The notes beneath the pieces are model-generated. The model worked only from the letters and a program-made list of their open reading frames with translations. It was not told the DNA's origin and did not search any database. 64,000 bases of DNA from Malacoraja senta (taxonomy: Eukaryota): assembly GCA_038087875.1 (NCBI GenBank), contig JAXLNO010000338.1, forward strand, positions 1-64,000, given 5' to 3'. A program made the position numbers and the translations under genes. Below are positions 55,101 through 64,000 of this stretch, piece after piece (the stretch's first letter is position 1; each line of letters opens with the position of its first letter).

Positions 55101-58100
55101 GTCATATTCCCGGCAAGGTCGCCAGAAATCCGGCAAGGTCGCCACAAATCTGGCGAGGTAGCCATATTTCCGGAAAGGTCGCCATAAACCCGGCAAGGTC
55201 GCCACAAATCCGGCGAGGTCGCCTTATTTCCGGGAAGGTCGCCATAAATCCGGCAAGGTCGCCACAAATCAAGGTCGCCATATTTCCGGCAAGGTCGCCA
55301 TAATTCCGACAAGGTCGCCACAAATCCGGCGAGGTCGCCATATTTCCGGCAAAGTCGGCACAAATCCGGCAAGGTCGCCATAAATCCGGCAAGGTCGCCA
55401 GAAATCCGGCAAGGTCGCCATATTTCCGGCAAAGTCGCCATACATCCTGCAAGATCGCCACAAATCCGGCAAGATCGCCATATTTCCGACATGGTCGCCA
55501 TAAATCCGGCAAGGTCGCCACAAATCTGGCAAGGTCGCCATATTTCCGGCAAGGTCGCCATATATCCGGCAAGGTCGACATAAATCCGGCGAGGTCGCCA
55601 TATTCCCGGCAAAGTCGCCACAAATCCGGCAAGGTCGCCATAAACCCGGCAAGGTCGCCATATTTCCGTCAAGTTCGCCACAAATCCGGCAAGGTCGCCA
55701 TATTTCCGGCAAGGTCGCCGTAAATCCGGCAAGGTCGCAACAAATCCGGCGAGGACGCCATATTTCCGGCAAGGTCGCCATAAATCCGGCAAGGTCGCCA
55801 AAAATCCGGAGAGGTCGCCATATTTCCGGCAAGGTCGTCCTAAACCCGGCGAGGCCGCCATAAATCCGGCGTGGTGGCCATATTTCCGGCAAGGTCGCCA
55901 TAAATCCGGCGAGGTCGCCATAAATCCGGCGAGGTCGCCATATATCCGGCAAGGTCGCCATAAATGCGGCGAGGTCGCCATATTTCCGGCAAGGTCGCCA
56001 CAAATCCGGCGATGTTGCTATATTTCCGGCAAGGACGCCATAAATGAGGCGAGGTCGCCATAATTCCGGCAAGGTCGCCATATATCCGGCAAGGTCGCCA
56101 TATATCCGGCTAGGTCGCCATATTTCCAGCAAAGTCGCCACAAATCCGGCAATGTCGCCATAAATCCGGCAAGGTCGCCAGAAATCCGGCAAGGTCGCCA
56201 TATTTCCGGCAAGGTCGCCATACATCCTGCAAGATCGCCACAAATCAGGCAAGGTCGCCATATTTCCGACATGGTCGCCATAAATCCGGCAAGGTCGCCA
56301 CAAATCTGGCAAGGTCGCCATATTTCCGGCAAGGTCGCCATAAATCCGGCAATGTCGCAACAAATCCGGCAAGGTCGCCATATTTCCGGCAAAGTCGCCA
56401 TAAATCCGGCAAGGTCGCCACAAATCCGGCAAGGTCGCCATATTTCCGGCAAGGTCACCATATTTCCGGCAAGGTCGCCATAAATCCGGCGAGGTCGCCA
56501 TAAATCCGGCGACGCCGCCATATTTCCGGCAAGGTCGCCATATATCCGGCGAGGTCGCCATTTATCCGGCAAGGTCGCCATAAATCCGGCGAAGTCGCCA
56601 TATTTCCGGCGAGGTGGCCATAAATCCGGCAAGGTCGCCATAATTCCGGCGATGTCGCCATATTTCCGGCAAAGTCACCATAAATCCGGCAAGTTTGCCA
56701 TAAATCTGCAAAGTCGCCATAACTCCGGCAAGGTCGCCGTATTTCCGGCACGGTCGCCATAAATCCGGCTAGGACGCCATAAATCCGGAAAGGTCGCCAT
56801 ATTTCCGGCATGGTCGCCATAAATCCGGCAAGGTCGCCACAAATCCCACAAGGTCGCCATAAATCCGGCAAGGTCGCCACAAATCCGGCAAGGTCGCCAC
56901 ATTTGCGGCAAGGTCGCCATAAATCCGGCAAGGTTGCCACAAATACGGCAAGGTCGCCACAATTCTGGCAAGGTCGCCACATTTCAGGCAAAGTCGCCAT
57001 AAATCGGGCAAGGTCGCCACATTCCTGGCAAGGTCGCCATAAATCCGGCAAGGTCGCCGCAAATCCGGCAAGGTCGCCACATTTTCGGCAGGGTCGCCAT
57101 AAATCCGACAAGGTCGCCACAAATCCGGCAACGCCACATTTCCGGCGAGGTCGCCATACATCCGGCAAAGTCGCCAAATATCCGGCAAGACCGCAACATT
57201 CCCGTCGAGGTCGCCATAAATCCGGCAAGGTCGCCACATATCCGGCAAGATGGCCACATTCACGGCGAGGTCGCCAACAATCCGGCAAGGTCGCCACAAA
57301 TCCGGCAAGGTCGCCATATTTCCGGACAGGACGCCATAAATCCGGCAAGGCCGCCACAAATGCGTCAAGGTCTCCATATTCCCGGCAAGGCCGCCATAAA
57401 TCCGGCAAGGACGCCACAAATCCGACAAGGTCGCCATATTTCCGGCAAGTTCGCCGTAATTCCGGCAAAGTCGCCACAAATCCGGCAAGGTCGCCATATT
57501 TCCTGCATGGTCGCCATAAATCCGGCAAGGTGGCCACAAATCAGGGAAGGTCGCCACATTTCAGGCAAGGTCGCCATTAATCCGGGAAGGTCGCCACTAA
57601 TCCGTCAAGGTCGCCACATTTCCGGCAAGGTCGCCATAAATCCGGCAAGGTCGCCACAAATCCAGCAGGGTCGCCACATTTCCGGCAAGGTCGCCACATT
57701 TCAGGCAAGGTCGCCATAAACCCGGCAAGGTCGCCACAAATCCGGCAAGGTGGCCACATTTCCGGCAAGGTCGCCATAAATCCGGCAAGGTCGCCACAAA
57801 TTCGGCAAGGTCGCCACATTTCCGGCAATGTCGCCATATTTCCGACAAGGTCACCATTAATCCGGCAAGGTCGCCACAAATGCGGCAAGGTCGCCATAAA
57901 TCCGGCAAGGTCGCCATATTACCGGCAAGGTCGCCATAAATCCGGCGAGGTCGCCATATTTCCGGCGTGGTCGCCATAAATCCGGCAAGGTCGCCATAAT
58001 TCCGGCGATGTCGCCATATTTTCGGCAAAGTCGCCATAAATCCGGCAAGTTTGCCATAAATCTGCAAAGTCGCCAAAACTCCGGCAAGGTCGCCGTATTT

Positions 58101-61100
58101 CCGGCACGGTCGCCATAAATCCGGCTAGGACGCCATAAATCCGGCAAGGTCGCCATATTTCCGGCAAGGTCGCGTCAAATCCGGAAAGGTCGCCACATTT
58201 CCGGCAAGGTCGCCATAGATCCGGCAAGGTCGCCACAAATCCGGCAATGTCGCACCATTTATGCAAGATCGCCAGAAATCCGGCATCGTCGCCACAAATC
58301 CGGCAAGGTCGCCACATTTCCGGCAAGGTCGCCATGAATCCGTCAAGGTCGCCACAAGTCCGGCAAGGTCGCCATATTTCCGGCATGGTCGCCATAAATC
58401 CGGCAAGGTCGCCACAAATCCCACAAGGTTGCCATAAATCCGGCAAGGTCGCCACAAATCCGGCAAGGTCGCCACATTTGCGGCTAGGTCGCCATAAATC
58501 CGGCAAGGTCGCCACAAATACGGCAAGGTCGCCACAATTCCGGCAAGGTCGCCATAAATCCGGCAAGGTCGCCACAAATCCGTCAAGGTCGCCACATTTC
58601 AGGCAAGGTCGCCATAAATCCGGCCAGGTCGCCACAAACCAGGCAAGGTCGCCACATTTCCGGCGAGGTCGCCATAAATCCGGCAAAGTCGCCAAAAATC
58701 CGGCAAGATCGCAACATTTCCGTCGAGGTCGCCATAAATCCGGCAAGGTCGCCACAAATCTGGCAAGGTCGCCATATTTCCGGCAAGGTCGCCATAAATC
58801 CGGCAATGCCGCAACAAATCCGGTAAGGTCGCCATATTTCCGGCAAAGTCGCCATAAATCCGGCAAGGTCGCCACAAATCCGGCAAGGTCGCCATATTTC
58901 CGGCAAAGTCGCCATATTTCCGGCAAGGTCGCCATAAATCCGGCGAGGTCGCCATAAATCCGGCGAGACCGCCATATTTCCGGCAAGGTCGCCATATATC
59001 CGGCGAGGTCGCCATTTATCCGGCAAGGTCGCAATAAATCCGGCGAGGTCGCCATATTTCCGGCAAGGTCGCCATAAATCCGGCGAAGTCGCCATATTTC
59101 CGGCGAGGTCGCCATCAATCCGGCAAGGTCGCCATAATTCCGGCGATGTCGCCATATTTCCGGCAAAGTCACCATAAATCCGGCAAGTTTGCCATAAATC
59201 TGCAAAGTCGCCATAACTCCGGCAAGGTCGCCGTATTTCCGGCACGGTCGCCATAAATCCGGCAAGGTCGCCACAAATCCCACAAGGTCGCCATAAATCC
59301 GGCAAGGTCGCCACAAATCCGGCAAGGTCGCCACATTTGCGGCAAGGTCGCCATAAATCCGGCAAGGTTGCCACAAATACGGCAAGGTCGCCACAATTCC
59401 GGCAAGGTCGCCACATTTCAGGCAAAGTCGCCATAAATCGGGCAAGGTCGCCACAAATCCGGCAAGGTCGCCACATTTTCGGCATGGTCGCCATTAATCC
59501 GGGAATGTCGCCATAAATCCGGCAAGGTCGCCACATTCCTGGCAAGGTCGCCATAAATCCGGCAAGGTCGCCGCAAATCCGGCAAGGTCGCCACATTTTC
59601 GGCAAGGTCGCCATAAATCCGGCAAGGTCGCCACAAATCCAGCAAGGTCGCCACAAATGCGGCAAGATCGCCACATTTCTGGCAAGGTCGCCATAAATCC
59701 GGCAAGGTCGCCATAAATGCGGCAAAGTCGCCATATATCCAGCAAGGTCGCCATTAATCCGGCAAGGTCGCCATAAATACGGCAAGGTCGTCAAAAATCC
59801 GGCAAGGTTGCCATATTTCCGGCTAGGTCGCCATAAATCCGGCAAGGTCGCCACAAATCCGGCAAGGTCGCAATATTTCCGGCAAGGTCGCCATAAATCC
59901 GGCAAGGTCGCCCCAAATCCGGCAAGGTCGCCATATTGCCGGCAAGGTCGCCATAAATCCGACAAGGTCGCCACAAATCCGGCAACGCCACATTTCCGGC
60001 GAGGTCGCCATACATCCGGAAAAGTCGCCAAAAATCCGGCAAGACCGCAACATTCCCGTCGAGGTCGCCATAAATCCGGCAAGGTCGCCACATATCCGGC
60101 AAGATGGCCACATTCACGGCGAGGTCGCCAACAATCCGGCAAGGTCGCCACAAATCCGGCAAGGTCGCCACATTCCGGCCAGGATGCCATAAATCCGGCA
60201 TGGTCGCCACAAATGCGTCAAGGTCTCCATATTCCCGGCAAGGACGCCATAAATCCGGCAAGGACGCCACAAATCCGGCAAGGTCGCCATATTTCCGGCA
60301 TGTTCGCCGTAATTCCGGCAAAGTCGCCACAAATCCGGCAAGGTCGCCATATTTCCGGCATGGTCGCCATAAATCCGGCAAGGTGGCCACAAATCAGGGA
60401 AGGTCGCCACATTTCAGGCAAGGTCGCCATTAATCCGGCTAGGTCGCCTCAAATCCGGCAAGGTCGCCACATTTCCGGCAAGGTCGCCATTAATCCGGGA
60501 AGGTCGCCACAAATTCGTCAAGTTCGCCACATTTCCGGCAAGGTCGCCATAAATCCGGCAAGGTCGCCACAAATCCAGCAGGGTAGCCACATTTCCGGCA
60601 AGGTCGCCACATTTCCGGCAAGGTCGCCTCAAATCCGGCAAGGTCGCCACATTTCCGGCAAGGTCGCCATAAATCCGGCAAGGTCGCCACAAATCCGGCA
60701 AGGTCGCCTCATTTCAGGCAATGTCGCCATAGTTCCGACAAGGTCACCATTAATCCGGCAATGTCGCCACAAATGCGGCAAGGTCGCCATAAATCCGGCA
60801 AGGTCGCCATATTACCGGCAAGGTCGCCATAAATCCGGCGAGGTCGCCATATTTACGGCGAGGTCGCCATAAATCCGGCAAGGTCGCCATAATTCCGGCG
60901 ATGTCGCCATATTCCCGGCAAAGTCGCCATAAATCCGGCAAGTTTGCCATAAATCTGCTAAGTCGCCAAAACTCCGGCAAGGTCGCCGTATTTCCGGCAC
61001 GGTCGCCATAAATCCGGCTAGGACGCCATAAATCCGGCAAGGTCCCCATATTTCCGGCAAGGTCGCGTCAAATCCGGAAAGGTCGCCACATTTCCGGCAA

Positions 61101-62361
61101 GGTCGCCATAGATCCGGCAAGGTCGCCACAAATCCGGCAATGTCGCAACATTTCGCAAAAGATCGCCAGAAATCCGGCATCGTCGCCACAAATCCGGCAA
61201 GGTCGCCACATTTCCGGCAAGGTCGCCATGAATCCGTCAAGGTCGCCACAAGTCCGGAACGGTCGCCACATTTCCGGCATGGTCGCCATAAATCCGGCAA
61301 CGTCGCCACATTTCCGGCAAGATCGCCATAAATCCGGCAAGGTAGACACAAATCCGCCAAGTTCACGACATTTCCGGCAAGCTCGACATATTTCCGGCTA
61401 GGTCGCCATATATCCGGCAAGGTCGCCACAAATCCGGCAAGGTCGCAATAGTTCCGGCAAGGTCGCCATAAATCCAGCAAGGTCGCCCCAAATCCGGCAA
61501 GGTCGCCATATTGCGGGCAAGGTCACCATAAATCCGACAAGGTCGCCACAAATCCGGCAAGGTCGCCACATTACCGGCAAGGTCGCCATAAATCCGGCAA
61601 GGTCGCAACAAACCAGGCAAGGTCGCCACATTTCCGGCGAGGTCGCCATAAATCCGGCAAAATCGCCAAAAATCCGGCAAGATCGCAACATTTCCGTCGA
61701 GGTCGCCATAAATCCGGCAAGGTCGTCACATATCCGGCAAGATGGCCACATTCCCGGCGAGGTCGCCAACAATCCGGCAAGGTCGCCACAAACCCGGAAA
61801 GGTCGCCATATTTCCAGCATGGTCGCCATATATCCGGCAATGTCGCCACAAATCCCACAAGGTCGCCATAAATCCGGCAAGGTCGCCACAAATCCGGCAA
61901 GGTCGCCACATTTGCGGCAAGATGGCCACATTCACGGCGAGGTCGCCAACAATCCGGCAAGGTCGCCACAATTCCGGCAAGGTCGCCATAAATCCGGCAA
62001 GGTCGCCACAAACCCGGTAAGGTCGCCACATTCCCGGCAAGGTCGCCATATATCCGTCAAGGTCGCCACAAATCCGGCAAGGTCGCCACATTTCAGGCAA
62101 AGTCGCCATAAATCGGGCAAGATCGCTACATTCCTGGCAATGTCGCCATAAATCCGGCAACGTCGCCGCAAATCCGGCAAGGTCGCCACATTTTCGGCAA
62201 GGTCGCCATAAATCCGGCAAGGTCGCCACAAATCCACCAAGTTCGCCACAAATGCGGCAAGGCCGCCACATTTCCGGCAAGGTCGCCATAAATCCGGCAA
62301 GTTCACCATAAATCCGGCAAGGTCGCCACAAATGCGGCAAAGGCGCCATATATCCGGCAAG

Positions 62362-64000
62362 GTCGCCATATATCCGGCAAGGGCGCCATAAATCCGGCGA
62401 GGTCGCCATATTCCCGGCAAAGTCACCACAAATCCGGCAATTCGCCATAAATCCGGCAAGGTCCCCATGTTTCCGGCAAGTTCGCCACAATTCCGGCAAG
62501 GTCGCCATATTTCCGGCAAGGTCGCCGTAAATCCGGCAAGGTCGCAACAAATCCGGCGAGGACGCCATATTTCCGGCAAGGTCGCCATAAATCCGGCAAG
62601 GTCGCCAAAAATCCGGAGAGGTCGCCATATTTCCGGCAAGGTCGCCACAAATCCGGCAAGGTCGCAATAAATCCGGCGAGGTCGCCATTTGTCCGTCAAG
62701 GTCGCCATAAATCCGGCAAGGTAGCCACAAATCAGGCAAGGTCTCCTTATTTCCGGCAAGGTCGCCACAAATCCGGCCAGGGCGGCATAAATACGGCAAG
62801 GTCGCCATAAATCAGGCAAAGTCGCCACAAATCCGGCAAGGTCGCCGTTTTTGCGGCAAGGTCGCCATAAATCCCACAAGGTCGCCACAAATCCGGCAAG
62901 GTCGACATATTTCCAGCAAGGTCGCCATAAATCAGGCAAGGTCGCCACAAATCCGGCAAGGTCGCCATATTTCCGGCGAGGTCGTCATAAATCCCGCAAG
63001 GTCGCCATAAATCCGGCAAGGTCGACATATTTCCAGCAAGGTCTCCATAAATCCGGCATGGTCGCCACAAATCCGGCAAGGTCGCAATATTTCCGGCGAG
63101 GTCGTCATGAATCCGGCAAGGTCGCCACAAATCCGGCAAGGTCGTCATATTCCCGGCAACGTCGCCATAAATCCCGCGAGGTGGCCATATTTCCGGCAAG
63201 GTCGCCACAAATCCGGCAAGGTCGCCATAAATCCGGCGAGGTCGCCATATGTCCGTCAAGGTCGCCATAAATACGGCAAGGTAGCCACAAATCAGGCAAG
63301 GTCGCCTTATTTCCGGCAAGGTAGCCACAAATCCGGCAAGGTCTCCTTATTTCCGGCAAGGTCGACACAAATCCGGCCAGGGCGGCATAATTCCGGCAAG
63401 GTCGCCATAAATCAGGCAAAGTCGCCACAAATCCGGCAAGGTCGCCATTTTTCCGGCAAGGTCGCCATAAATCCCGCAAGGTCGCCACAAATCCGGCAAG
63501 GTCGACATATTTCCAGCAACGTCTCCATAAATCAGGCAAGGTCGCCACAAATCCGGCAAGGTCGCCATATTTACGGCGAGGTCGTCATAAATCCCGCAAG
63601 GTCGCCATAAATCCGGCAAGGTCGACATATTTCCAGCAAGGTCTCCATAAATCCGGCATGGTCGCCACAAATCCGGCAAGGTCGCAATATTTCCGGCGAG
63701 GTCGTCATGAATCCGGCAAGGTCGCCACAAATCCGGCAAGGTCGCCATTTTTCCGGCAAGGTCGCCATAAATCCCGCAAGGTCACCACAAATCCGGCAAG
63801 GTCGACATATTTCCAGCAAGGTCTCCATAAATCAGGCAAGGTCGCCACAAATCCGGCAAGGTCGCCATATTTCCGGCGAGGTCGTCATAAATCCCGCAAG
63901 GTCGCCATAAATCCGGCAAGGTCGAAATATTTCCAGCAAGGTCTCCATAAATCCGGCATGGTCGCCACAAATCCGGCAAGGTCGCAATATTTCCGGCGAG
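62362..64000. repeat. Near-identical copy of 45565-~47200 (offset 16,797 bp)
   Basis: Shared rare monomers (CAATTCGCC, GGTCCCCATGTTT, CGCCGTTTTTGCGG, TCCCACAAGG). ORF pairs 45670/62467, 45950/62747, 46550/63347 and 46774/63571 are all offset by 16,797. Confidence 0.9.

Larger units (their letters stand above)
9809..64000. repeat. 20-bp GC-rich tandem satellite, right arm (continues past the window end)
   Basis: About 2,700 monomers in one orientation. No non-satellite insert or inversion was noticed. Confidence 0.99.

Noticed and set aside
1..64000. Hundreds of ORFs over the satellite (MATLPDLWRPCR..., PARSPYFRQGRH...) as protein-coding genes
   Set aside because: All frames give the same peptide because 20 is not divisible by 3. 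The ORFs overlap on both strands, tolerate frameshifts and have no unique domains.
9809..64000. CRISPR array (constant repeat plus variable part)
   Set aside because: The variable part is only 5 nt drawn from a few recurring words, not unique 25-45-nt spacers. There is no leader or cas gene, and the LTR retrotransposon indicates a eukaryote.
9809..64000. Telomerase-synthesised long telomeric repeat
   Set aside because: Variants are inherited in kb-scale duplicated blocks, which points to recombination-based amplification, and no chromosome end is visible.

Overview
This looks like eukaryotic heterochromatin-type DNA with no supportable host gene. About 59 kb (~2,950 copies) is a head-to-tail, GC-rich 20-bp satellite in one orientation: a near-constant 15-mer CCGGC(A/G)AGGTCGCCA plus a variable AT-rich pentamer (TAAAT/CAAAT/TATTT/TATAT/CATTT). 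The array is built from nested duplications of about 0.58, 0.78, 0.86, 1.1, 1.26, 1.45 and 1.5 kb, plus a possible 16.8-kb unit. One full-length 4,733-bp Ty3/Gypsy LTR retrotransposon (Mag-like) sits on the minus strand at 5076-9808. It has identical 210-bp LTRs, a 5-bp GCCAT target-site duplication, a tRNA-Leu primer-binding site, a polypurine tract and gag(2xCCHC)-PR-RT-RH-INT coding sequence broken by about 10 frameshifts and 3 nonsense codons. After insertion, a segment of satellite plus the outer 141 bp of the 3' LTR was tandemly triplicated, leaving LTR fragments at 2186 and 3631 and creating an LTR-containing higher-order repeat. The LTR also carries a tRNA-3'-end-like motif (GACACCA) at its predicted poly(A) site that pairs with the PBS. 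The hundreds of ORFs over the satellite are artefacts of a stop-free repeat strand. The host species cannot be determined from this sequence.
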